This document shows positions 50,532-62,900 of a DNA stretch of 64,000 nucleotides, piece after piece. The notes under the pieces are model-generated. The model ran no database searches, was not told the DNA's origin, and saw only the letters and a list, made by a program, of their open reading frames with translations. Position 1 is the stretch's first letter, and every line of letters begins with the position of its first letter. The position numbers were made by a program, and so were the translations under genes. The DNA comes from Dimorphilus gyrociliatus (taxonomy: Eukaryota; Animalia; Annelida), in the NCBI GenBank assembly GCA_904063045.1, contig CAJFCJ010000001.1, positions 3,100,001 through 3,164,000 of the forward strand, in the 5' to 3' direction.

Positions 50532-53500
50532 ATAAAAAGGATATAGAAATGATCTTTCTTATGCTTTTACATAATGTAAATGATATATAGGCAATTCCAT
50601 AGAAACTCAAGCTTTTATACGTATTTCCAGTACAAAGTCTGCAAATTGAGAAATTATTTCATCTCTTCGCTTAAAATATCTAGAAATAGGCAATATGAAT
50701 GATATCCTTCTCAGAAAAGAAGGCTCAGCCGTTAAAGCCTTCTAGAGAAGTAGAATCCCGAAATTCTTAGGAACAATATAGTAATTTGTTTAAATTATTT
50801 TTGTAAACACTATATGAATAACTATCTAAACCACTGTAAAATCTGTAATACTCCCTAGCATACTTTACATATATTGTATACTTTGCATTAGATACTAGCC
50901 ATCTACTTACGCTAACATAGTATCAAAGGTTTGATAATTTCTATTAATAAACTGTAGTTGTTTATGGAAAACAAGATATCTATAATGTCAAATTTAATAT
51001 ATTTCAAATATTTTTCAAATATGTCTACCTTTATCAGATAAACATTGACCAGAGTACGAGTTTTCGCTGTGATCAAGGATTTCTATTCACTTTTATATAA
51101 ACAATTAATTTCGTTAGTGACATTGATCCTATGTGGTTTAAAACTATAAAAGTCTTTATGTATTTTAGTCAGTTTTTATCCACTATTTTCAAAGTGTATT
51201 ATGTTTATCTTCATGAACTATTCATTCCTGCCCTTCTCTTTATTCTCTATACAAAATTGTCTTGTAGAAACGGATTTATATATTTGTTCTCTAGCATTGT
51301 AGCCTTGTTTTAAGTGGATCTTTATGAATAATTAATTAACACTTATTGAGCCCGAGGAACGTGTTGCCTAGTTCTTGTGCAGAAAGAGAAAGAAAGCGTT
51401 GACTGCAGAAAAGAGATATGTATTAAAAAAAGATTGAGAGATTTTTAAATAGAATGAATACTAAAGGAAAAACGCATTCAAGAGCGTCTTAATAGGTGTA
51501 AGACAAAAGTAAATAATACCAGTTTGCATTGCCATCTGTTAGAGATTTTTAAAGGATTTTTGTTTTTTCTATCCAAGTTTTATAAGAATATTTATCCTGA
51601 TTTTATTCAAAGATAATGTCATATTTATACAGACAGACTCACTTATTAGCCCATATAGAATCCTTAGCTTATTGATTATAAATTTATTTGGATTACCCGT
51701 AGAGTTTTTAAACTTGCTCCCCTGCTGTTGTAACTGTTCCTTCTTCCCCCATCTATTCTATCTGTTTGTATGTCAACTTTTGTCTTATGTTCCCTATTCT
51801 GCCTTTCACCTCCCTCCTGTCTCTCTCTCTCTCTCTGTCACTCTTTCTCTGTGACATTCTCTTTTTGTTAACTGAACAAGTTAAACAGCTAACGTAATGT
51901 GCTGTCATCTGGCGGTTTTTCTACATATCCACTGAACAGAATTTTGCATTCATTTCATCCTCTTGGGTATTAGGGCGTTGCAAAAGTGTTGGCAGAAGGA
52001 GAATCTATATAGGATTATTGTACAAGTATCAGATAATTCTTTTTCCATCAAGTAACACTAGTTAGATGGTAAAGCGAAAGTACTAATAAAAAATTCATTC
52101 AGCGTCTTTTTCAGTCATTCGTTTTCCGCCATCTTCAACTTTGCATCCCCTTGTCGCCCTAACATCTTGTCTCCTTTCCTCTTTCTACTACTTCGTTTAA
52201 GTAACACTCGTCGTGCCTAAAGCGAAATGCGTCGTATATTTATTACGAAGGGCCGTAAAAATAATCCCAGCCCGTCCACGCCTAAATCTCAATTTCGACG
52301 CTCAGTAACGCGCATTTGATTTACGACCAGACATTCATTAAGCTACAAACAGATGCACCCTAGATAGGCCTATTCGGTTTTGTGCCTAAAAAAATCAGGG
52401 TGATTTTGTAGCAAAAAAAAGTAAGACAGAAGAAAGAAATGGAAGAGGAGAAAGATTTCTACATATCGTTTGGCAGGGATAAATATTGAATATAAAGATT
52501 TCATTAGATAGATATAATATGGAACGGCTGTGAACTGGAATCTTTATTCAAGTTACTTAAAAGGTCAATGACCCTTTTTTTTCTTTTCATGATAGGAATT
52601 AATAAATGAACGAAGGAAATAAACATAATTGCATAATGTAGTTAAATCGTGCGGAAAGATATACTGTATATATGCGTGTATAGGCCTATTTATTTATATA
52701 TTCCATGTAAAAGTTTATATAAATAATCTTTTATAGAACTTGTTGCAGATCGCCATTTTTATTATGCATTTATAATTCTCATGACTGTTTTAGAATTCTC
52801 TGGATAGTTGGTCGATCTTGGTCAAGGTCTTTTTTTTAATTATCCATCAGTTGCAGAGAGAGAGAGAGAGGGAAAGAGAGAAAAAGAGACGAAGGGAGGG
52901 ATTGAAGAGTCAGTAATATTCTAATAATTTATTAACTCAATAAAACTCTGAGCTTTTCCAGGACGTGGTCAACCTTGAAACACATCTAATACCCAAATAA
53001 ATAAATAAAAAGTTAATTCTTTACCTTATAGTCTTTTTATTTTAATACTTTATTACAAAGACTATAAAACAATCATTCTTATATTACATCTATAAAGGCG
53101 TTTCAAGAAAAAATGCTAAATAATGGCGTATTTATTATTTCTTATATATTATACTACAGGGTGTCTCCATATTACTTACAAGTGCAATGTCTTAATATTA
53201 ATAATTTCACTAGATTAATCATAAATTTTCATGCTAATTAATAGGCTTAATTTAATTGGAAAGAAAAAAGATCTTTACTGAGAGGAATATGAAACTTGTA
53301 ATGAAAAAATTATTCTCTTCTTATCTTTTAGTTTTCCTTTTGTATCTAGGACTATCGAAAATGTGACAGACACTGATACCAGTTTTTCTTCAACTTATTT
53401 CTGTCTTCAGTGTTTGAATTCCCTCAGGAATTTCAAGGGATATTTTATAGGACGGAATGATTAGTGTTGCAGAGACGGTATTTTTACGTTAATTGCGCTT

Positions 53501-56169
53501 CGCTGCTGTGGGATAGGCGGTTTTTGATCCTGCTAGTTTTGATCTTGTCGTATTCATAACTGGGATTTTATTGATGATGTATCTCTTTACAATGTTTCAC
53601 CACACACACACACACACACAGACATATTTATATTATACATGCACAGTATATATCGTAATTAGAAGAAAATATAAGCTGGAAAAGACTGGACATTTTGTCT
53701 ATGACTACAAAATTAAAGTTAAAAAAAGAATGTGAAAAGAAGGAAAACAGCCAAAGTTTTGCTCTTTTCATGTTGATCACGCCAATAAAATTTTCCAGAA
53801 GCCTCTCTTCTGCCTCTTCTCTTTCTCTCTTTCTTTTCCTCTGGCTCTCTCTCTCTATCTATCTCCCCTCTTTTTTTATTTTATTATTAATTTTTTAAGG
53901 AACTGATCCGTATCCAACAGTATGATTTATTTAAAAAAAAGTTTTAATATTGAAAAAGATTTGTCTTGACTCACTTGAGCCTCTCTCCGCCGGGGATTTT
54001 TCACCAGATTGCTTAATTTGAACCGATCGATATGGGAGCATACCTAAATAGGAGAGAAAACTGTGTTAAAGCCAATAATTTTCATTATTTTTCTTTTACT
54101 TCTTATATTCTTATTTTAGTTGAAAAGATCTAAAGAATGAAAGTTACGTTCAATAGGTAAATTAGCCGCCTCTTATTTCATATCATTTCAAAGAAATTAA
54201 TAACCATCTTAATAAATTTCTATATAAAATATTACATGACTGCTATTAGCTGTATATATATATTTATAATTGACTTTAAATATCATTCTCTTCTTTCTTT
54301 TCTTTTCTTTTTAAAATCTTTAAACGTTCTAATTAAAGGATGAGACGAAAACAAAGCAAATACGTCTATACTTATTGGCATGTAAACGCACTCAAACAGA
54401 CAAAATACCTTTTGTACTTTTTTCTATGTTTATTTTTTAATTTAGAGAAAGAAACTTAAAAACAATGTCTAAAAACACTTTATATAAAACACGAAATTAA
54501 TAGATAAACTATCACTTTTAACTATTATTTTCTTTTTTAGTATGAAGATATAAAAAAGGGATAAAAGAACAATTTAAAACCTTGAAATAATAACAAACTT
54601 CGCTTTTTAGATGTTTTCTTTTTTCTCAATATTTTTGGTGTAGTGATTAATACTTAAAAATATCTTTGAGGTAAATGCGACATGATAGAGTATTATAGTA
54701 AATTTTAATTGTTTATAAATTACATTTCAATAGAAATTCGTATATTTTATTAATATATAACTTGATTAGCCTTTTTCTTTCTTAATTAACTTTTTTACTG
54801 TATAAATATACTAATATATATAATTATATGTTCTAAATATCCTTATATCGTACTTCACTAGTTAAAGGTATTAAGTTAATTGATCTTTTAAACTTTGTTA
54901 TAAGGGTACCAATATTTTCTTGCAAGATGCAATTTAAGTACTTTTTTGTCCCACTCCTGTTACTCACTCAGTCACACACACACACTAACACGCTCTCTTT
55001 CTTTCCACGCCCCCCCCCCTCCCTTCTCCCCTCTCTCTCTCTCTCTCTCTCTCACTGTCTGTCTATCCGTCTGGCTCTCTGTCTCTCCAACTACCCCCCA
55101 CCCCCATAGTTCTGTCTCTCTCTCATTTTGATGTTGTGCAATGTCTAGGTGCTTAGAAATTTTTTACGCTCTCTTTTTTGTTTTGATTACAAGACAAACA
55201 TAAAACTAAGTACTCAGCAAAATTACTTTAATGAGTTTGTAAAAACATATAGAACAATTGAAAAAGAATCGTTCACTCAATTGATATTTGTTTCTATCAT
55301 TATGAATAAAGTAAAAACTAGCTGAGCGACATATACTGACTAAATGTATATAAATTCATCCAGTTCTTCCCTTTTTTCTGTTTACTGACGGTGTCTTTTG
55401 AAAGTATATTTTATAAATAGACTTATAAGAGTGAAGTTTTGAAATAGCAAGTCAAGTTTGTCACTCAATTGTCGCCTAAGGAAACTGATGAAAACTAAAT
55501 AATTTAAAAGTTTGAAAGAATAGTGTCATACTTCTATTTCTCATTGCCAGTTTCTCTCATTCTCCCTCTCTCGGTTTGTCTGTATTGTCCCCACCTATTT
55601 ATATAATACAATGAAAGCATTTCTTTCCTATACTCATTCTTTCTCTAATCCTACTTTTGTATTTCACCTCTTACTTTTCACGCTCTAAGACAATAAATAT
55701 ATCCAATATATTACATTTCATATGAATAAATTGGGTACAAAACAAGTACGAGTTTGCAATTAACGCAGATAGTTTTAATTGCTTATGCAAAGGGTAAAGA
55801 AAAGGAAATAAATTTCGAAAGAAGCATGTCAAACTCTAAGAGATGTTCTTCTTCATTAATCTTTGACCTTTGCTTAAATAAGGCAGACGACACTTTTTCT
55901 CCTTTTCAATGGAATTTTCCACCTTTTTTATTTTGTTATTGCATTTTCACTATGTATGTAAACACTACTGCATTACTTCCAACGTCGCACTAAATCATTT
56001 TAAATCGATTAATAAGTGTGATAGGAATACCGAATTCTGAAATATATAGATATATATACTGTATATATATACAGTATATAGACTGTTCATATTGATATAT
56101 TTATTCTAATGGTACTCTATTCTCCTTTGCAGAAATTAGTCATTTATCGGTATTATTTTTGTCTTAATA

Positions 56170-56720
56170 TTAACATTTGCCCTTCTTATGCTTGACCTTT
56201 CGTTTTAGAAAATTAAGAACTATACATTTTCCGGTGTTGAGCAGGAAGAATATACATCTTGTTACAAACAATGCGACAACACTACTCATAGGCAAACAAT
56301 GAACAACATTATTGACTGTGTAAACATTTTGCCAAACACATATTATAACCGCATCAAATATCAAAGAAATTATCTTCAAACAACAAATAAACAATTGTTT
56401 GCCCATCAATAATCGCCTATTGCAATAAGGCAACCTCTACAATCCCATAAACGCCCATACGGATGTCAGAAAAAGCAATTTATCCCGACAAAAGGCGTCT
56501 GCTAGACGGCGTGCAATGAAAGGGAGACGCCCTGCATGGGCAAACAGGTCACGTGCTCCAGCTATAAAAGGCGCGAATGAGTCGAAGACTACTGTTTGCA
56601 ACTGCCATAAATTCATTAGTTCCGCCAAAGAGAAATAAAAGAATGGAAACTGATGTTTGGCTGTTTGAAACAAGACAAAAATATCATAAGGGAACGTGCT
56701 TAGTTCCACAGATTGTCATT
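56170..56720. promoter_or_regulatory. Candidate enhancer/promoter module
   Basis: Locally GC-richer non-coding block with AACAAT (Sox-like), TGTAAACA (Fox-like), ATCAAAG (TCF-like), GCGTCT/AGACGC, CACGTG and TATAAAAG at 56563-56570. Confidence 0.45.
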
Positions 56721-58796
56721 CATGAATAGGCAATGAATATATATACCTTCTCATCTAATCTTTCGTTTATGCGTATTACGTAAATTATGCATTGTTCCAA
56801 ATAAAAAGAATTGCCTTTTTCGGCATGTGCTGCCCCCTTTTAGTCTTGTCTCTTGCCCAATTTTATTTATTTTTTCCCCTACCTACTTTAGTCAGCCATT
56901 GCGGGAAAATTTCCTTAAATCCGGTCTTTCTTAATAATAGAAGAGGGCTAAATAAATTAATTGCAGCTGTCAATCGGAAGTTTTGTTCCCTTTGTAATTA
57001 ATGACGATTAATAATAGAAACAAAAAAAAAGAGAAGAAAAGATGAAATTGCAGGAATCAGATGACAAAGGAGATGGGGAAGAAGAGGAGTGGTAGGAAGG
57101 AGGAGACGGGAGAAAAATAGGAAATAGATAATAGCAATAAAAGAGGTGAGAAGGGAATCTGAAAAGGAGCAAAGTTTACTCTTTTAATAAAAATTCTATA
57201 TCCTCAATGACATTTTAGTTTAATCAAACCAAGCAAAAAAATAGATGGTAAAAAGGGATGAAAAAGATATATAAGAGTAGTTTTTAACCAAATAAAACTA
57301 TAACGGTCCCACTGGGGGTTTTCTCTGTCACTTCTTTCTCTCCCCGCCTGCTCCCTCCCTTCCTCTTTCTATTCCTAAAAATATGTATTGACACATTCAT
57401 ATTACTCTTGTTTATCAGGTCTAGTTTGTAAATTTTTCCTTTGTCCCCAAACTAAAATTGACTAGACCAAATCTAGTTTATTTAATTTAATAAAACATTA
57501 AGCTGCTACTTCTCAACGCAAATAACATTAAATATTGACGACAGCCTTCGCGTGCGAGCTCTAGACGCGGACTTTTATTAGACGCCCCTTCTCTCTTCCT
57601 CCTTGCCCCTTTTCCTAGTATCTGATATGTAAATTTATGGAAATTAGCAGTCTTTCCCGCCATATGTAAATGACGCCATCAGGTCATCAACTCAATAAAA
57701 TACTTCTAATTGCGACGTGATGTTTGTAATATCGCCAATAGTTGGCGCTAGTTGTTCTATATAAGATACTTCGGATAGCTCAAATTAAAACACTTATACA
57801 TGAAGTTGGAATCAAATTTTACGTTACGGCTCCTACGAGTAATTCAATGATTCAGAAGCGCCGGATTATATTTTGATGAATAATGTTAGATGGGAACTAA
57901 AACAATTATATAAGCCTACATTCAAGGCGGGGAGTCGAAAAACGAGGCAGAATTAGCGATGATTAATGCGTTCGGCGCTCTAGGACAAAAAACGTTCGGC
58001 CATCTAGCGATTGTCTCGCGGGCAGCGGCGCCAAGGCGTCTAGTGTACGTTACATCAATCATGTCTGTCTTATTTCCGGGATTTACCATGATGCTTTACC
58101 ACGAAACAAAGCGTTTAAATGTTGAAAAATATGAATATAAATCCATACATAAAGTAGATTAATATATATTGTATATATATTGAATTATAGCAAATACAGT
58201 AACTATATATATATATATATAGTATATACTGTACTGTATATACAACTGTACATATATTATATATATATACAGTATATATGTATAGATAGTCTCTCTATAA
58301 CAGAATAAAGCATACATTATATGTGTTTTAAATTGCAAATATTCCATTCTTCATTAAGAATAAATTCAATTACGCAAAAAATTAGCTAATTATCGTTATT
58401 TTGCATCCTTTTAAATAAATTTATAACTGTAAATTATCATTTTTATCATGTTTAGGGTCAATTCTAAGTAATTACAATGACAATGATAGTTTTACAAGAA
58501 AGAACACAGATGCAGTATGCACAGCAAAATTAGACGGCAAGAGCTAAACAGTAATCAATTTTAAGCGAGGCTCTAGTTTGACAAGTACCGTATAACCATT
58601 TTATTGGAGAATTATATGGGCTATGATTATATAAAGCCAAATTCAAGTTGAGTTAATAATTTCACCTTGACATTTTTCATCTCCAGCACTCGTTATAAAT
58701 TTTAATATATTACTCTTAAACGCTATATTTATAACGATTTCTGTCATTTATCTTTTTATTTCCACTTCCGTCTATCCACCTATCATTCATTTTCCT

Positions 58797-58865
58797 CCTC
58801 TCTGTCTGTCTGTCTGTCTGTCTCTGTCTGTCTGTCTCTGTCTGTCTCTGTTTCTGTCTCTCTTT
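58797..58865. repeat. (TCTG)n/(TC)n microsatellite
   Basis: Direct reading. Confidence 0.9.
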
Positions 58866-59914
58866 CTACCCTCCCATTCCCCGCTATCGAATATTTTTAC
58901 GTAGTAGATTCTTTACAGCAAATTTTTTCAACTTGACTGTTTGCTCATCCTTAATCAAAGCCTTAGAAGCGTCTAGTACAAAGTTTGTCTTCGTTCTTAA
59001 CCATTAAATGCGCACCTTATAAACTCTCTGGCTTACACATATTCACAGTAAATACTATGTATATATATATATATATCCAATCACATTCTCTCTTTCTCTT
59101 TTCCATCAAAAAACTACTTCATAAATACTGTAAATCAACTTTAAACATTATGTACAAAACGCTTTTGTTGTTTGCAGTTTTCAGTATTCTTGAAGCCATT
59201 CTATGAACTACCTAAATGATTACTTCGATTATAAGACAAAGAATGAAAATTTTCTCTCAAATTGAAATGATAAGATATTTTTCTTCTTTTTACTAAATAA
59301 ATGCAATTGTTTATTCTGAATATATTTTTTAATATTAGAATAGTTTTAAAAAACTTTGAAGGAAAATATCACAATATGCAAATGATCCATTAGTCCAATA
59401 GATACCGTAAATATCTTGCAAAAGGAAAATGTCTGTAGTAATTGATATAGGACGCAATTAATGTTGTAAATGTCACGCTATGTAAATGAGTCATTAGTTG
59501 CCCAAAATGCAGCATTGGCCCAGTAATCTGCTTTCCTTATGAAAGTTTTGTTAGAATAAATGAATAGGCCTATAATTCCCGTGTTTTTAAGGACGCCCCC
59601 TTTTGGATTTTCCATCTTTCGCCGTCAACACTTCTCTTCAAGTTCCGTTAAATACCGTATCCTATCTATCCCAAAAAAGCATAAACTTTAAGTCCTGATC
59701 GGATATATTCAAACTAGTCTCTACAAATGATCATTTTACGATCTTTATCATACGTTCTCTGAAACAAACAAATGTAACAACTATGAAAAGATAGTGTTCT
59801 TTTAGTATTGAAATTTTTACCAGACTTTTAAACGATTATATGAAAAAAGAAAGTCAGATTGTAATATAATTATCCATTGCGAATCCAGAGCAAAAAACAT
59901 TGGAAACTATAAGG

Positions 59915-59919
<5 letters not shown>

Positions 59920-59946
<27 letters not shown>
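59920..59946. repeat. (GA)n microsatellite
   Basis: Direct reading. Confidence 0.95.
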
Positions 59947-59951
<5 letters not shown>

Positions 59952-62900
59952 AGGAAAAAGAAGGATAGGTATGAAACAGAAAGAATAGAAGGTGACGGAG
60001 GAAAAGACAAAATAAATACATCTACATCATATGCATATACGTATAAATATTAAATATACTTTGGCATAAAATGAAGCAATAAAACAGATAGGAATCAATT
60101 AATCAGAGAGGAAGAAAGGTTATATAATTGTTTTAATAGAAGAGAATATAATATTGGGTTAGTGATTGCGGAATTGTGCGAAAAGACAAATTACACTGTA
60201 TCCGTATACAAGATGCAGTATATATTCTATTTCAGTATATACTGTTTATGCTTTCTACAGAAAAACGAATTACCTAAATTCTATGCAACTTTTGTACTAT
60301 TATATCAAACGCTATTCGATATAACATACATTTAGCATCCAATGCTTTATGACCTTCTTTCGACCTTTTGTTGACCTTCTAAAGATGCTAGATAGTGAGT
60401 GTCGTTTGTAAAATAGCCCTGATATGCAAATGAATCATAATCTTAGGCGTCACACTGTCTCTTTGGGCGATTGCTTTATATTGAACGTTTTTGCTTTTTT
60501 AACGCTAATGGCAGAGTAGATAATTTATAGAGAAGATGAAGAGAGCTGGAGTGAGAGGAGGGGGAGGGGTTAGAGGGGCAGTTTGCATTATTTTTAGGCG
60601 TCTATGACGTAAGATAAGGTAATTTTTCAAATGATAAAAAAGCATACCGTAAAGAATAGATTATTACAAAAATTGGGTATAAATGTGAAAACGTTGCCCT
60701 AGATTGCTTTCGTGACCAAGGGAATAAACTATGTTAGAGGATGCTTCCTATTCATTTTATATGCATTTAGTGTTTGTCTTCGCGTTCGATATTCAATTAT
60801 CATACGGTCAATGTTCAAGATTAGTTTTTTTTATGTTCAAAAAGTAACAGATGCTAAATTTTCTAAAAATATAAATATAGAAATTGAACGGTAGAATTAG
60901 CAGATGATTTCTCGTTAAAAGCATCCGCTATATGTTACTATGTATACATTTTTGTCTATGTGCAAGGGATTCCCCACATCCCGATTCGACTCTGTCGGTC
61001 AGTGACGCCAGCTCGCTCTCCTTTCTAAAAATAGCATCAGTTTTTGCGAATAGGAAATTTAGACGGCCTTTTTTCCAATTTTGAAGGTTATTTCTCCAAA
61101 AAAAAGTTAACAAGTTTCTATATAAAAGGAAAGAGAAAGGAAGAGACAGAGACAGAGAGAGAGAGAGAGAAAGAAGAGATGAATCAATAAATTAAATTTG
61201 TTATTACAGTATTTTTTCTATTTATTAATTAAATATAAAACCATATTTATTTAAAGTTTTATTCAAGCTGTACTTTCTTCTTTTAGATTCTTTTATTCAT
61301 CAATTTCTTTATTATTGAATAAGAGTAGAAAAAAAACATAAAATATGGCGTCTAAATACATTAAAAACACTTAGAGACTAACGTGCAAACATACCTACAT
61401 ATATATACACAGTATATATCTATGTACAAACAATACTATGAATAAAAAGTATGGATATAATAAAATATATAAAAAAAAGACTGTATCTGTTTCAGAGATC
61501 TTAGGATCACTCAATCACGATTATGGCCTGAAAGACGATGCGTCTAGAGTCTAGACGCTATGATATTATCACGATTTCCCAAGACCGATACTGTGGTTAC
61601 AGGGTCCTATTGCCGATTTGCATGAATTAGGTGAATAAAACATTTACGGCAGGTGTTTTCTATAAAAAAAAGAGAGAAAAATCAATTTTTTTCTTTTATC
61701 TTTATAAGAATCCTTATAAATTATTAATGTACGTTTCAAAAAAATATTCCAGATTTTTGCTGAAAAAATAGGCCTACTACTCGGCTATAGTTTTAATGCT
61801 AAAAGTTTGTAGCAATCGAGAAATCGAAGTCAATAAGAGTATATGCTTAATTATAGTGGACTAATTTCTCAATTTTCAATTTATCTATGATCTCTTGGTA
61901 TTTGTCCCATAACACTCTTTTTGGTATTTGCATGACAAACATTCTAAATAAGAAAACACCTGACAAACATATCAAGCTACGAACTTAATGCATCCAATAT
62001 CCTCAAACGTATAAACAAGCCGCTAATCCGGCTTAGGCTAATCTCAAGTCGAAACAGCCAATAAAAAATCAGCGAGCAGTTCGTCAAGTATTGAAAAGTA
62101 GAAAGAAGTGAATCGTTGGATAGAAGAAATTTTTCGAGAGGTAATTTAAAAGAGATAATAAACAAGTAATAGCAAAATAAGTGGTAACATTCTTTTGGTT
62201 TTACTATAAATGTGTACTCGTGGCATTTTCAGCATGTTACAGCTAATAACATGTACAGTATAAACAGCCTACAGTTTTCTTTATATACTTTACTAATATA
62301 ATAGATCTTTATATATTCACTATATGCCTTACTTTCTTTCCTTTCCTTTTTTTTAAGAATTGATTCATTCATTATTTATCTCATTGCATCACGTAAAAAC
62401 GTCATCGATAAAGTTTTAAGCCAACCTTAATAGGTTTTAAGCAATAGACAAATCATGAAATATTCAAATTGTGAACTGATACAAGTAATTTTTATTCCAT
62501 TTGTTCATGTATTTGATAAGGCAAACATACCCTCATCCCTATTCAACTCCTTACTACTACTCATTTCTATGACTGTTCTTTCCAAGCCTCTCCTCCGCCT
62601 TAGGCCATATATGCTCGAAATGAATAGGATTCATAAAAGCAATATACCAAGAGAAAGAGATTCTTGGTATGTGGAAAAAAAAGCTGAGGAATGCAAAATT
62701 TTTTAGGTAAAAAAAAGAGGTGGAATGCGATCTCTCAAACAACTCCTTCTCCAGGCGGTATGTTTGCAATTTTTCACTTTTACCTTTCTAATTCATAAAT
62801 GAACGTCAGAGGGCGTTAGATGGAGGTTTTGACGTTCAGTTTGAACAGGTGAATTGATTTTTTTTTATTATGTCAATAAAGCGCTTGAACAAATTTGAAT

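Larger units (their letters stand above)
57500..61600. promoter_or_regulatory. Cluster of Smad-type (GCGTCTA/TAGACGC) and extended octamer (TATGYAAATGA) motifs
   Basis: Eight GCGTCTA/TAGACGC copies and four TATGYAAATGA copies counted by eye in about 4 kb of non-coding DNA. Confidence 0.5.

Noticed and set aside
50106-50800. 79-aa ORF and protein-like fragments on the minus strand
   Set aside because: Frames interrupted by many stops and no recognisable family; at most an unidentifiable relic.
56170-57001. ORFs 56170-56433, 56437-56709 and 56792-57001
   Set aside because: Non-ATG or weak starts, no homology cues or splice context; better explained as stop-poor GC-richer regulatory DNA.
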